This document shows, piece after piece, positions 13,261 through 27,051 of a stretch of DNA of 64,000 bases. How positions within the stretch are numbered: position 1 is the stretch's first letter; the number at the start of each line of letters is the position of its first letter. The notes below the pieces were generated by a model. That model saw nothing but the letters and a program-made list of their open reading frames with translations, had not been told where the DNA came from and did no database searches. Both the position numbers and the translations under genes were made by a program. Origin of the DNA: Eledone cirrhosa (Eukaryota). The DNA lies in NCBI GenBank assembly GCA_964016885.1, contig OZ024740.1, forward strand, positions 299,894,001 through 299,958,000. Direction: 5' to 3'.

Positions 13261-14087
13261 AACAATACTAACTTTGCCATTTTGTAGGCTTTTGTTGTTG
13301 AATAAAAGTATTTTTTATTCAATTATAGATTTGATGCTTTGGCGACATTCTTAAAGGACTATTCTTTATTGCCGTCTGACAATATCTAAGCTATATAGAT
13401 TTTCCAATTGATTTTTTTTCTTCTGTTTATGGCTTTCGAAATGGGGAGTCGTTGTCTCAGTTAATCTTAATATTTCTTTGACCCTCTATTCAATGTACTT
13501 GTTAACTCATTGATATAAATGTGAAGAAAGAAGTAATTGTTGGTTATTTATTCACGCCTCTTTCATGAGGTTAAATATCTTGTAGAAAACATCCATCGTT
13601 ACTATTATGTTAGGTTGATCATAAAAGATAATGAATAATACGGAAGACATTTTGAGTACAATGTAAACATAACCATCTCTATGCAGTTATTTAATGTTTA
13701 TCTACCAGTATACAACTTTCCTGGTTGATTGAAAAGGTTAATGTGTCCTCTTTACAATGTATACGTGTTCATGTACAAATATACACAGCGGAATACGTGT
13801 GTGAATTGACGTCATTGTGGTCAGTATGGTGCAATCCAATTCTAAGAATAAAACTTGGCTTTACGACAGCACTGCTAATGTACATAGGAAAACATATACA
13901 TGTCATCCAAAATGATGCGTAGGTGGAATCAGTGATCCCAATTTACATTAAAGAAGGTTGAAGTATTTAAAATCTCATTAAGTTAGTATTGGATTATAAT
14001 ATCCATATACATATCAACAAAATACACAACATCCACGCCTGAAATATTATATCAAGCTCTTCTTTTTATTATTCTTGTTATTATTAT

Positions 14088-14250
14088 TCGCCGAGGTTAA
14101 CTTTGGCTTTCATCATTAAGGGGTCCTAAAATAAAGCACCAGTAAAGTAATGGGGTCGAATTAATCGACCCCCCCCAAAAAAAAAAAAAAATTACTGGCC
14201 TTGTGCCTATACTACAAATTATTATTATTATTATTATTATTGTTGTTATT
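14088..14250 (+). mobile_element. SINE 3' half with (TTA)n tail
   Basis: cgccgaggttaactttggctttcatc..ctggccttgtgcc..ttattatta. Confidence 0.8.
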
Positions 14251-14968
14251 CTGTGAATCTCAGTCATTGATGTTGGTTAACTGGAAAGTCCGTTGGAATG
14301 AATATCAAGCCACAACCTGCAGCCTCAGATATTCAGGACGTATCGGAGGGTTCTTGCTGTTCCAAGCAAGCATGCCTTTTGAAGCGTTCCAAAAAGCGTG
14401 AAGGGGCCGATTTCTTTAACCATCCCTGGAAACTTTTGGAGATAGTCCCCAGTGCGCCTATGACAATCGGGATCACTTTGACTTCATGGCAGTTCCAAAT
14501 CCTTTTCACCTCCCACTTTTGGTCTTGGTATCGGTTAATTTTCTCCCTCTCCTTCTCTTGCACTCTCGTGTCGAAAGGGCAGGCCACATCCACAATCAGA
14601 CACGATCTTTTTTCTTTGTCCACAACCACCAGGTCAGGTCTATTGTGTTCCAATTTTTGTCCGTCTGTATCCTAAAATCCCACAGCACCTTCACCTGATT
14701 GTTCTCCATCACCGCCTCTGGCCTATGCTCATACCATTTCTCAGAATGTGGTAAATTGTTTACTTTGCACAGGTGCCAGTGGATCACCCTGCCCATCACA
14801 TCGTGTCTCCAGCCCTTATAGTGGGTCTGGGCTAGGTGTTTACACTCGGACACAATGTGAGCCACAATCTCCTCTCTCTCTCCACAGATCCTGCACAGTG
14901 GGCTAGCCTCCTCCTTGTAAATATGGTGCTTCAACCACTTCGTTTTGAGGGCCTGCTCCTGCGCAGCG
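14251..14968 (-). mobile_element. R4/Dong-like RLE LINE, 5'-truncated copy 1
   Basis: AAQEQAL, CRICGEREE..HIVSEC (CCHC), RHD, WDF..HNRPDL..IVDVACP (RLE), VIPIVIGALG; 3' end in (TAA)n. Confidence 0.92.
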
Positions 14969-15191
14969 GTGGTCAGGGTCACTGTGGCTTTTTAATGGGC
15001 TTTCTCCACGAATGTCGCTCGGAAGTCTCCCCCCTATTGGGGAATTTTTTCATTGTTCTATTATTACATCGTCTGTTTCTTGTTTTTTTTTTACACGCAG
15101 AAATGCCCTTTTGTACCGTTCTGTATTGTCCTGTACTGTCCTTAATGTATACTTTGTATAAACCCTTGTGGTTAATAAAGAAAGCATTATT
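14969..15191 (+). mobile_element. 3' UTR fragment of the Tx1-like LINE
   Basis: Matches 21650-21850; ends gttaataaagaaagcattatt. Confidence 0.88.
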
Positions 15192-15262
15192 TACCAGTAA
15201 TGCACTGGGTAATTGCTGGCCTTGTGCCTAACGTAGAAACAATTATTATTATTATTGTTATT

Positions 15263-15936
15263 GTTCTTTGAGTCTCAGTCATTGATGTTATTTAACTGGA
15301 AAGTTTGTTGAAATGAATATCAAGTCGCTACCAGCAGCCTCAGATATTCAGGACGTATCGGAGGGTTCTTGCTGTTCCCAGCAAGCATGCCTTTTGAAGT
15401 GTTCCAAAAAGCGGGGCTGAACTAACTTTCTTTAACCATCCTTGGAAACTCTTTGAGAAAGGACCTAGTGCGCCTATCACAATCGGGACGACTCAGACTT
15501 CATGGCAGTTCCTTTTTACCTCCCACTTTAAGTCCTGGTATCGATTAATTTTTTTCCCTTTCCTTTTGCTGCACTCTCGTTTCGAATGGGCAGGCTACAT
15601 CTACAATAAGGCACGATCTTTTTTGCTTGTCCAAAACCACCAGGTCAGGTCTATTGTGTTCGAGGTTTTTGTCTGTCTGTATCCTAAAATCACACACCAC
15701 CTTCACCTGATCGTTTTCTATCACCGACTCTGGCTTATGCTCATCCCACTTCTCAGAATGTGGTAAATTGTTTATTTTGCATAGGTGCCAGTGGATCACC
15801 CTGCCCATCACATCATGTCTCCAGCCTTTATAGTGAGTCTGGTCTAGGTGTTTACACTCGGATACAATGTAAGCCACAGTCTCCTCTCTCTCCCCACAGA
15901 TCCTACACAGTGGGCTAGACTCCTCCTTGTAAATAT
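15263..15936 (-). mobile_element. R4/Dong-like LINE, 5'-truncated copy 2
   Basis: Same motifs as copy 1; bounded by (TTA)n. Preceded by a SINE tail at 15192-15262. Confidence 0.92.
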
Positions 15937-15959
15937 GATTATTATTATTATTATTATTG

Positions 15960-16666
15960 TTCTTTGAGTCTCAGTCATTGATGTTATTTAACTGGAAAGT
16001 TTGTTTAATGAATATCAAGCCACTACCTGCAGCCTCAGATATTCAGGCCGTATCGGAGGGTTCTTGATATTACCAGCAAGCATGCCTTTTGAAGTGTTCC
16101 AAAAAGCGGGGCGGGGCCAATTTTCCCTGGAAACTTTTTGAGATAGTACCTAGTGCGCCCATGACACTCGGGACCACTTTGACTTCATGGCAGTTCCAAA
16201 TCCTTTTTACCCCCCACTTTAAGTCCTGGTATCGGTTAATTTTCTCCCTCTCCTTCTCTTGCAATCTCGTGTCGAATGGGCAGGCTACATCCACAATCAG
16301 GCACGATCTTTTTTCCTTGTCCAAAACCACCAGGTCAGGTCTATTGTGTTCCAGTTTCTTGTCCGTCTGTATCCTAAAATCCCTCAGCACCTTCACCTGA
16401 TCGTTTTCTATCACCGACTCTGGCTTATGCTCATACCACTTCTCAGAATGTGGTAAATTGTTTACTTTGCATAGTTGCAAGTGGATCACCCTGCCCATCA
16501 CATCATGTCTCCAGCCTTTATAGTGAGTCTGGGCTAGGTGTTTACACTCGGATACAATGTGAGCCACAGTCTCCTCTCTCCACAGATCCTGCACAGTGGG
16601 CTAGCCTCCTCCTTGTAAATATGGTGTTTCAGCCACTTCGTTTTGAGAGCCTGCTCTTGTGCAGCG
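15960..16666 (-). mobile_element. R4/Dong-like LINE, 5'-truncated copy 3
   Basis: Same motifs; (TTA)n on both sides. Confidence 0.92.
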
Positions 16667-16924
16667 ATTATTATTATTATTATTGGTATTATTATTATTA
16701 TTATTATTATTGGCTAACTACATAGGAAATCGTATTATCGCGAGCTCCGCAAAGGTTTGTTGTTTTCAGTTTTTTCAAATTGCCAGTTACGGAAAATTTT
16801 AGTTGTTAAGTGTTTATAAGTTCACATATATTGCTTTCTGAAAAGGACACTCAATAATATTGGGGCCTTGAACCCAAAATTTAAACTTATTATTTATCAA
16901 ACAAAATATTTCTTTGAAAAAAAC

Positions 16925-18891
16925 ATGGACGACAAATCTCATGTTTCTAACAGACTGGCATCCCCCACCCCATCCCTATTGTGAACCTTGCCACGGTTGC
17001 CAACACTGAAAATGTAATTAATGGCAGTCTCAATTATTTGAATTTGCCGCATACAGACGTGGATTTCCCGCCATTACCAGCAACTGCAGGTGTTAAAGCC
17101 GCCACCCCACCAACACAAATGTTAAAAAGAACAACCAATACCACTGATAGCACCACCACCACAGCGACAACAGAAACAAAAAATAAATTATTATGTCGTG
17201 ACATCGAAATGGATTCACCGAGAATCGACTCTTCCACGCCGAATACCACTGACACCACCACCACCACCAACAACAACAACACCACCACCACCACCACAAC
17301 TGAAACTAAAAATAACAATAACAACAACAGCAACAACAACAATGAGAATAACAACAACAACAACATCAACACCAGCGCAAAGCAAAATGTGTCGTTGGCC
17401 AAAGCAGCCAAGTAAAGCGTTACAATCGAGGTAAGCCAGGATGAATTGAATGAAGCCAATCGAATGGTAAAAAAAATATGGGTACATGGTCAGCCCCCAC
17501 ATCTAATAAAATGGACCATCGGCGCCTATGCACCACGTCATATCGGACGATAAACACAGAATCGCACCGAGTGGAACGGGCATCCGAGTCCCAGATACAA
17601 AAAGCTTTAGGACATGTGTGGGCAAAAAAAACCCCACAACACACGTGGGCAGAACTATGGAACCATGGACGTGTGCTTTGGAACCCCACCGGAAGCCAGA
17701 GAGCAATTTGTGGCCCCATTAAGAAGTGCGAGTTCACACTCGTCCCAAGCTATTGTGGTCAGAGACTAGTGAAGATCAGGGTGACCCACGTTCCGTCGGC
17801 CATCAACATTCCCTGGCTAATGGCTGCCGTCCTCGCCGACATTGAGGCCAACACTAAAATAATTGAAATAACAAAAGAAAAGCAGGAGAACTGGTCCAGA
17901 CCTGGGATGGAGCTCCTGACCCAAGCGGACCAAAATGACATTGAGGAAATTCCAGAGGCGATGGACTTCAATGACGGCAAGTACCTCCCCGTAATCGTTG
18001 AGGGTAGAAGGCCTAGGTGTGTCGTTTGTGGCGAAGGAACCCACCTAAAGGCTTTCTGCCCTCAGGCTAAAACGTTGAGGCCAACTCTCCTAACCACCCC
18101 AGTAACTCAACCATCAAGAGCACCAGCAGAAATGGCAGCAGCAACATCAGAAGCAACTGTAGCAGCAACAACCCCAGCAACTGTAATAGCAACAGTAGCA
18201 AAACCACCATCACCCACCGCGCCAGAATTAGCACCAGCGCCTCCACCATCCACTTCGCCACAACCAAAACCAACGCCTGTGGCGGATTTTTCAGTCCCCG
18301 ACCTATCGCAACTGGAGACAGATTGTGACGACGAAGAGGAGTTGGAAATGGTATCAGAAAAAAAAAATGAAAAAAATCCTCTTCCTTCGCCCTCAACTAA
18401 CAAAATGCAGGGTGAAATGAGCAAACAAACAAAAGAGTTAAGACAGCTATGCCACCACCCACACCAGCATCACCAGCCCCATCACCACAAAGACCAATAC
18501 CATCACCATCATTAACCCCAACACCATAAAAATCACCAACAAGTGAAACAGAAACAAACCCACAACAAACACAAACATAACAAAGCAACCAAAACAATAT
18601 ACACTACGACAGCATTACATTTTGACAACAACCAATTATTACACTACATCCAACACAACACCAGCATCACAGAAAAAAGACTACACAACACCCCAAAATT
18701 TCACACCACCTCCACACATACATATCACTCGCATCACACAGAAAATGTACACGACACTAAAATTAAAATTCCCCAAGGACATCGGAGACTTCCGACAAAC
18801 ACTGTCCAGGAGAATTTATAAGGACATCCTTCCGAAGGAAGCCACAAGCAGTGAGAAGGATGGAAAAACCCCCTACCTCCACGAGAAGTGA
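16925..18891 (+). pseudogene. Tx1-like ORF1 (gag-like, CCHC knuckle), frameshifted
   Basis: VIVEGRRPRCVVCGEGTHLKAFCP zinc knuckle; Thr/Pro-rich tails. Confidence 0.8.
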
Positions 18892-18931
18892 GGTAAGTGG
18901 TCTTTCCCATCTTTTTCCACTCCTTTTCAAC

Positions 18932-21620
18932 ATGACCTCACTCAGAATAGGCAGCATAAAAGCGCGTGGTCTGGGGTTGTTTATGGAAGCAGGGCCACCT
19001 GCACAATGACCTCAGGTCACTAAACATAGATGTGGTGGCTATCAGCGAGACCAGAATCTCCGAAGCACGACCCTTCGCAGCGATCTTCCGTGGCTACGAT
19101 GTGTACGTATCTTCCAGCCGTCCAGGATCGGGGGAAGGAGTTGCTGTGCTTTTTCGGAGAGGTTTGGATATCGCCATACGGGACATTTTCCTGGACCCAG
19201 AAGGTAAGTTGGTGGTGCTGGACCAGCGGAGACGGGCAAACTTTCAGGCTAGTGGCCGTCTATATTAACATCAGACTGGGAAAAGCCTGGGGAGCATTGA
19301 ATTCAATGGAAAAGATATGGAAATCAAACCTGTCGGCCAAACAGAAAAGGAATTTCTTCAGAGCTGCTGTGGAATCTGTGCTTATTTATGGCTCTATCAC
19401 TTGGACGCTAACGTCGAAACTGGAGAAAGAGCTAGACGTGGCATACGCACATATGCTCCGCGCTGCTTTAAACGTGTCTTGGAGGGAACACCCAACAAAT
19501 AAGGATCTCTATGGCAATATACCACCTATCAGCAGGTCAATACGTGGACAGAGACTCAGATTTGCTGGTCACTGTTGGCGCAGCAAGGAAGAAATAGCAG
19601 GTGATGTGTTGTTATGGAGTCCATCTCATGGAGCAAGAAACGCTTGTCGTCCCAAGAAGACATACGTCAAGCAACTTGAGGACGATACTGGATGCACTGC
19701 GGAAGAACTGGCAAACGCTATGAGAGACAGAGATGGATGGAGGAAACTTGTCGTAGAAAGACGAGCAAGCTCAACCTGATGATGATAGCCGTCTATGCCC
19801 CGAGAGGAGCAGGGCGGCCTAATTTCTTCCGACATCTGGAGACCATTCTTAGAACATCCCGCTCTTTAATATTAGTGGGTGACTGGAACGTGATATTAGA
19901 TGCACGCTGGAGTGTGTGGGATTAGCGGATAGGGGAGGAGGGTGTAAAAGCCTCGCAAACCTGCTCAGACGGTTTCAACTGTCTGACAGGTACCGCCTGG
20001 ATTTCCCGAATGTGCCAGTGGGGGCATGGACAAACCGCATCGAGTCATCCATATCATATCTAGATAGGGTATTTTCTAGTGAAATCGATAGGTCTCATTT
20101 CAAAATAGTCGACTACACGGACCACAAATTCGTGATCTGTGAGGTTGAATTAGATAGGCTTCATAGACAGGGACCCGGTTACTGGAAGCTAAACGCGTCG
20201 ATAACAGCGCGCAAGAACTACAGAGACCGGATTAGCGAACAAGTTAAGCGGGCATTGACGGGGGTCGTCGTCAACAACAAATGGTGGTTTGCTCTGAAAA
20301 GAGCGATTGAATAATGTCCATTAGGTTTAGTAAGGCTTTAGCAATAGAGAAAAATAGAGCAGAGGGAGAACTAGTTAGAAAATTAGACGAGGCGCTTAGC
20401 AAAGGCATTTCAACCGACGTACTTGACCAATTCTTCAATGCAAAGGACGAAGGTTGCGTTGTCAGAGCTAGGGTGCGTGCTCTCAGCCACGAGGGGTCGA
20501 AATCCGTTCAATGGGCCTGAGTGGCGGAGACGCGTCGTGGCAACAAAGCCCCGATCCGGTCTTTGGTGGACCACGACGGGCGCATGCTACTCGATCCCAG
20601 CAAATGTGTGAAGCTTTTCAGCGACACTTCTCTCAGCTGTTCGGGGGCCGCGGCGGGCCGGATCAAGGGATGGACTTTAGTGCCTACCTCGACGGACTGC
20701 CGCGGCTCTCGGCCACTGAGGCGGAGTGTTGCGAAAAGCCGATAACGGCCGCTGAATTACGGGAGGCAATGACTAGCTGCACAAGGGGTAACTCGCCTGG
20801 TTTGGGTGGTCTGCCCTATTAACTTCACGTACACATGCCAGACTTGTTCGGAGGCCTCTTGGCGGACGTCTAATGCAACTGGCAATAGAACGGGAGAATT
20901 CCCAGCTCTGCTAAACACAGAGTTCAAGATTTTGGCCAAGGTGCTAGGAAAGAGGTTGGCGCTTATCGTTGGTGGTCTGATGGGAGAGGCGCAGACACGG
21001 TGGAAACTCCACGTTGGTGTTCTATAGAGGATTAGTATAGGGGAAGAGCAACGACGTACTTAGAGAAACTCTAGGCGTCGACGAAAATCAACTAGCCAAT
21101 CTCTTCGGAAGAAATTTTGGACCGAGGCCTATGGACAACTTCCAGAAATCCCTGACCTGGCAAGGCTACCGAGGAGCTTTGCCAGTTCGGGATAAACTCC
21201 GCAGGCATGAAGATGCCGTCAGCTGGGCATGTCTGAGATGCGCGCATGACAACGAAACCCTCCTGCACGCACTCGTCCAGTGTCCGATCATTGTCGAACA
21301 CCTGCTGTCGCGTGTAGGACGGATCCCCCTATCAGCTGAGTCTATCGTGAGGATTGCCGCACCCTCTTCGATTAGCCGGGAAGGGCAGTAAGTCTTTATC
21401 TGCCTGGTGGCCATGGCGAAAGAGATAGTATGGTGGACGCGTTTGAAAGGGCTGAAGACGAGCACTTACCTCTTCGGTGATGCTCTGATTAACTTTTTCA
21501 AATTTCATTTGAAAAGGAAAATCATGGAAGAGAGGGAAGTGTTCTCTTCCCCGCATTTTGTTGAAAGATGGGTGAGAGAAGCGAGAATGGCCCGAGTATG
21601 TGTCTGTAAATTGAAGGTGG
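18932..21620 (+). pseudogene. Tx1-like ORF2 (APE endonuclease, RT start, C-terminal Zn finger); RT core deleted
   Basis: IGSIKARGL, DVVAISETR, LVAVY|AP, LVGDWNVILD, SYLDRV, YTDHK, GPGYWKLNAS, SPGLGGLPY, LLNTEFKILAKVL, then a jump to CLRC..ETLLHALVQC. Confidence 0.9.
19264..19787 (+). mobile_element. 5'-truncated RTE LINE nested in the Tx1 endonuclease, with 9-bp TSD
   Basis: RLGKAWGA..AVESVLIYGSITWTL..LRFAGHCWR; (TGA)n tail; gccgtctat at 19255-19263 and 19788-19796. Confidence 0.93.
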
Positions 21621-21924
21621 AAAACTGGGAGAGGACAATTGCCCTCTGTGGTCAGGGTCACCGTGGCTTTTTTTTAATGGGCTTTCTCCACTATGGCCCT
21701 CGGAAGTCTCCCCCCTATTGGGGAATTTTCCATTGTTTCGTTTTTGTTACATCCTCTGATTTTGTTTTTTTTACGCGCAGAAATGCCCATTTGTACTGTC
21801 CTTAATGTCTTACTTTGTGTAAACCCTTGTGGTTAATAAAGAAAGCATTATTATTATTATAATTACTATTATTATTAGTATGATTATTATTCCTCCTACT
21901 CCTCCTCTGACTACTACTACTACT

Positions 21925-22610
21925 TCTTCTTCGCCCACTTATTCCTAAGAGGGTCGTGCAGGCAGAGTCCTCAGTCCCAGCACGTCCTGTCAGAAGCAAC
22001 CACGACTAACAGATCCGGCTGGATCCCAAAGTGAGACCAGCCAAGCGCATGGATGTTATCCAACTATCTCTCTCAGGGTTTACCCCTGTGACTCCTGAGC
22101 GTTGGTTTTACCTGAAAATCTGTCCAGGAATTCTTTCCTGAGACATTCTAACCCCATAGTGTTGGAGCTGTGATCTCTCAATTCGGACAATTAGTGGCTA
22201 CTTGGAATGAATCTCTGATGTTTCAGCTTCGCACTCTATCGAAAAATGTTACTCAAAAGACCCTTCGGAGGAACCCCATATTTGGCCGCCTCTATTCCCG
22301 ATCGTATTCTTACGGTCATTTCCAAAAATTCATGACAATGTGTGAGGGTTGGCACGAAATGCTAATTGAGGACAGCAAGTTTGGCTTTTACACCTACCTC
22401 CCTTCTTTAGATTACCGAATTCTGAAGCTGTACCAGCTCCTGCAATTTTTGCTTTTAATTCAACCTCTTGCCTTCCATCACTTGTGAACACGACCCCGAG
22501 ATACTTGACTTTCTCCAACTTCTTCAGTTAAACTCCATTCACATGTAGAATTCACTGTGGATGTGTTCTTGAGGGGACGAATGTCTCAGTCTTTGCAGCA
22601 TTGATTTGAT
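21925..22610 (-). mobile_element. RTE LINE 3' fragment
   Basis: EKVKYLGVVFTSDGRQEVEL, IERSQLQ; homologous to 11121-11555. Confidence 0.8.
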
Positions 22611-23789
22611 ATGAAGTTATCTAACCAAATTACAATACGTTGATATCCACCTGATATGCTAACACACCAATACCTTACGTATTACAACATGCCTCATTCG
22701 ACTGCATCTTATATTGCTCCCCGCTTTTGAGAAATTCAAGATTATGTTACATAAACATATTTGATATATTCCATTTATTTCCCATTTCTCTGTTTATTAA
22801 ACCAACAATAACGTTATGCGCATAGTGATGTCAGATTCTGCCAGCTTCAGTACATTCTATTATTCACTCCTCTGCACTACAGATGTTTGTGGAAGAAATT
22901 AATTAGACACAAAGAATCGCACACATTCATACGTATCTATGTATTTGTGTTTGTTTGTGTGTTTGTGTGTGTGTGTGTGCATGGTTGTCGTAATGTGGAT
23001 TGTGTATATAGTACGATATAAAATAAATAGGAAATTATAAACGTATATACAGAGGGAGCGAGAGTGAAGCAAGCGGTTTCGTTGGCATTGTCAAATGAAC
23101 AATATAAACTCCCACTGAACAACATTGCTAGTTACTATCGCAAATGTAAAATCAGTAAACCATGGGAATTAGTAGTCATGATAGTGCTATCATATGTAAT
23201 GTGGTACATATAATTAATTCATAATAATCATCTAGTTGGTGAAAAACATTACCAAAATGAACAATATCATTTTGATCAAATTTTCCCAGCTATGGTTGAC
23301 AACGCCCGTCTTATTTCAATTTCATCAAACCTCCTCATGAAATAGGAATCCTCTAAGCACACGCGAAAGTATTGGCAAACTCATCTCTATATTGATGTAA
23401 AATCATCTACAAAATGAAGCGTGTACGATTCTGGAATTTAAATTTAAATTTTTGATCATTTATTTAATACAGGAATCATCAAAATCCAATCTGAATTAAT
23501 TGTCAAGTGCGTACATAATCAATAAGTTATATTATTTAATGTTGTTGCATATGACATATAAAAATGTGATGCGATGGTTTCTTATTTTCAGTTCATGGTT
23601 ATCTAACTGGAAAGGGAAAATGCATGGTTAATCGACAAAAATATACGTAGAAGGTAATGCAATCTTTGTCAAAGGAGGCGAATTTCTCTTTGAAATTGTT
23701 AGAAACTCGTTACAAATGTAAAGATATATACACTTTTAATATTTCTTTAACAACTTTTCTTTTTCAGATATATGAATACGGGAGCTGAT

Positions 23790-24632
23790 TTGAAAAGGTC
23801 TGACCGCTGGAACAGGTCTAACCACTGGTAGTCCATCAGAAGTAAAGAGCAGTAATCGACAGAGTAACACGTCTAAACTTTCACCAAAAATGTAAAAATG
23901 AATTCAAAGATAAAGTTTATACTACAGCAATGTGTGTAGATGGATCAGTTGACCAAGACGATTTGGGAAATTTAATCTTAGCAGACATGTCTCCTAGTGG
24001 CCACCGTCAACTTCTGTCAACCCTGACAACGTAGAAAATGCAGACACTTTAATCAGAGCTGACAGGCGCATAACCAATGTTCAGCTAGAGATATCCATGG
24101 TAGTGATCCCAATATTATTGATCCACTTAGATATTCAAAAGTGAGAGCCCACTGCGTCGCAAGACAGATAAGCACATGACTGAAAGGGATAACATGTAGA
24201 CAGTCTTTAGGATGCCCAAAGTGTTATTCTTATGGACTTCTTACCAACTCTGAAGCATACATTGTGACTTAGAACTAGAATCCTTCAAGTAAGATTAAAT
24301 TTTGAGATGAATGAAGTTCGTCTTGAACATGACAACGTCAGGCCTCACTCAACCCTCAGAAAAAAGCGGCGGGGGCAGTCACTACTTTCGAGTGGACAAC
24401 TCTGTCATATCGCACCTACGTATCTGGCTTTGCGCACTCAGACTTCCATCTCGTTGGTCCAATGAAAGAGTCACTGAGGATCAAACGATATGGGTGAGAT
24501 GAAAGTGTGAAAACTGCTGTGAGTCATTGGCTTCCACAGCAGCAAGTTGAGGTTTACGAAGCTGGCATACATTCTCGTATTCGTAGATGGAACACTGCTG
24601 TAGAACTAGGTTGTGACTGTGATAGAAAGTAG
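23790..24632 (+). mobile_element. Mariner transposase relic
   Basis: PSTSVNPDNVENADTLIRADRRIT, HDNVRPH (HDNARPH), SDFHLVGPMKESLR, RWNTAVELG. Confidence 0.88.
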
Positions 24633-24679
24633 AGATGCGAATCTGTAATGTATAGCTATATCTTCACGTACATATTTCT

Positions 24680-25005
24680 TATAGAATTGTTACTACTTTT
24701 GGCACAAGGCCAGCAATTACCCAGTACATTACTGGTACATTATTTTATCGACCCTGTAAGGATGAAAGCCAAGTTAACCTCGGCGGGATTTGAACTCAGA
24801 CCATATTTCTTATATAATGCTTTCTGGTTTAGGCACAAGTCCAACAATTTGGGGAAAAGGGAAAGTCGATTAAATCGACCCCAGCGCGTTATAGGAACTT
24901 TATTTTATCGACCCCGAAAGGATTACAGGCAAAGCTAACATCGGCAGGATGTGAACTCAGAACATAAGGGCCGCAAAGCATGATGTCTGACGCCCTACCC
25001 ATACT
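24680..25005 (-). mobile_element. Two adjacent SINE copies
   Basis: Two tttatcgaccc..aaggat..aaag..aac.tcggc.ggat..gaactcag cores. Confidence 0.8.
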
Positions 25006-27051
25006 TCCTTATATTTTTTTTATATAATAAAATAAATTGCATTATGTTTTGACTCGTCCTTATACGCTCAGTTTTCACAATTTTATTCACTTGTTATCCG
25101 TTATTATAGTGTTTCATTGCAATGTTTATCTTGTATTGTACATGATACGTCATGGAGAACTCTTCTATGGAGTCGAAACTTCGTTACGATGAAAAAAAGG
25201 TTAAATGTGTTATTTTCTAAAAAGGTCTACAGTGTTGGACTATGTAAAAAAAACACATTTATATATTTCGCACAATTTTATATAAAAAATATTTTTTCCT
25301 ATTGATGAATACTTATGTTCTTATAATTAAATTTATCTTTTTATAAAAAAACATTCTGAAAATAAATTGAAGATATATTTCATTTTACGATTTGCGAATA
25401 TGAATTTAAATTGGAAAAAGTTCTTAGAACGTATTTATATATGTTTTAAGAATATGTTTTTCTATAAATTATATATCAACTAATATGTTTTCGCTCAATT
25501 TGTCTGTAGATCAGTTTGTTTCTGTACAAATATATATATCTAGGAAAATATATTTCTGCGAATATGTATAGCAACCAATTTATTGTTCGATCAGTATATA
25601 TTTTAAACGATAAGTTTTCGATGGATGTGCCTCATACTGATTTAGAAACGTGATCCAGAAATAAATAAAATATTAACATCAACACAATTTATGTAGGAAT
25701 CATTAAAATAATATCTAGAAGTATTTAATAATTAAATATATTTCATTATATACAAATAGCGCCTTAGGTTTTGCTAACATATCCAACTTACTGAATCAGG
25801 CATTGAGCAAACAAGCTTTGTAGAGCTTACCACGACCCTCACTATGTAAATGCAATGATCATTACATCTTATAGTGCTACTGCTACATGTAGCAATGAAT
25901 TCCTTTGATGCATATATTTAGAGCAATGAATGTTGTGCTATGTGAAGGCTAAGTGCGTTGACCATAAAGAAAACCGTGAGTACCAATATATGAAGTAAAG
26001 AGTCAGACAGTTCATTGCATCAAATGTTCATACTTCCTCATTTTATAGACATATAAATGTTCATTTTACATTCTAGGCACATGTTTAGTGGCAAGTGTTT
26101 TGGATATGCAAGCATACAGTCACAGTTAGATTCCTGGACCAGACCACGCATTGTGGTCTTGAACAAAGTAAATACACAAACTTCTGTACGAAGTTCAGCT
26201 GAAGAATTCATAGGCTGTCTAAGACATACTCATGGAAGATGAAATGAAATTTATTTTTAAACAGAATCCCTGGAAGAGAACAATGCAGTTATTGATAAGA
26301 AAGGTTGAAATGTATGCATTATCACAGCTCTAGCATCACAGCTTCATATTCAGCCTATGAACGTTTCGGTCGACCCATTCACACATTTTTATATTCAAAA
26401 ACAAATAGACGCTTTATCTATACATGTAAACATTCAGCTAAGAATATATATGATTATGTCATATATATTCACCGTATTAATATGGGTCATGTATTCTGAT
26501 CCCACGTGATAGATGTATGTTGTAGGAGGTGCTCATATTTACCCACAAATTAGACCAGATCGAAAAGTCTGTGATTTAAAAATGTACCCCAAATATATTG
26601 GGACACAGTCTATTCTGGATAACGGTTCTTCGCTCGGTTTAATGTGATGTATCCTGGTGCTTTAACTGGTGTTTCAATTCATAAGAATTAAATATTATAA
26701 AAGTATACTGAGACAGCTGATATATACATACAGGCACATAGCTTTTGAAACATGATAAAAAGTACTTGTATATCAAAGTTTAGTGTTGTGTCGGAGAAAA
26801 CACTTCTTAAAGGTCTTCTAAAATCAGCAGAATATTCCAATTTATACATATTTTCTTATGCTTTTAAAAATGTTTTTCACAACAAATATCAAACTAGTAT
26901 TTCTGTATCAACTAAAAGCCAGAGTTAGGATGCGGGGGTATTCGTAAGCATCTCCCATATCAAATTAAGCAAGTTCTCAGTTCAAATTTACTATTTTCAT
27001 AACCTAAATGAGTGGTGTGTCGAATATATTTTGCATAATTTTTATACAGTA

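Larger units (their letters stand above)
16711..21860 (+). mobile_element. Near full-length Tx1/L1-type LINE, inactivated, inserted in (TTA)n
   Basis: ORF1 and ORF2 relics; 3' UTR with AATAAA followed by (tta)n; (tta)n also upstream. Confidence 0.9.
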
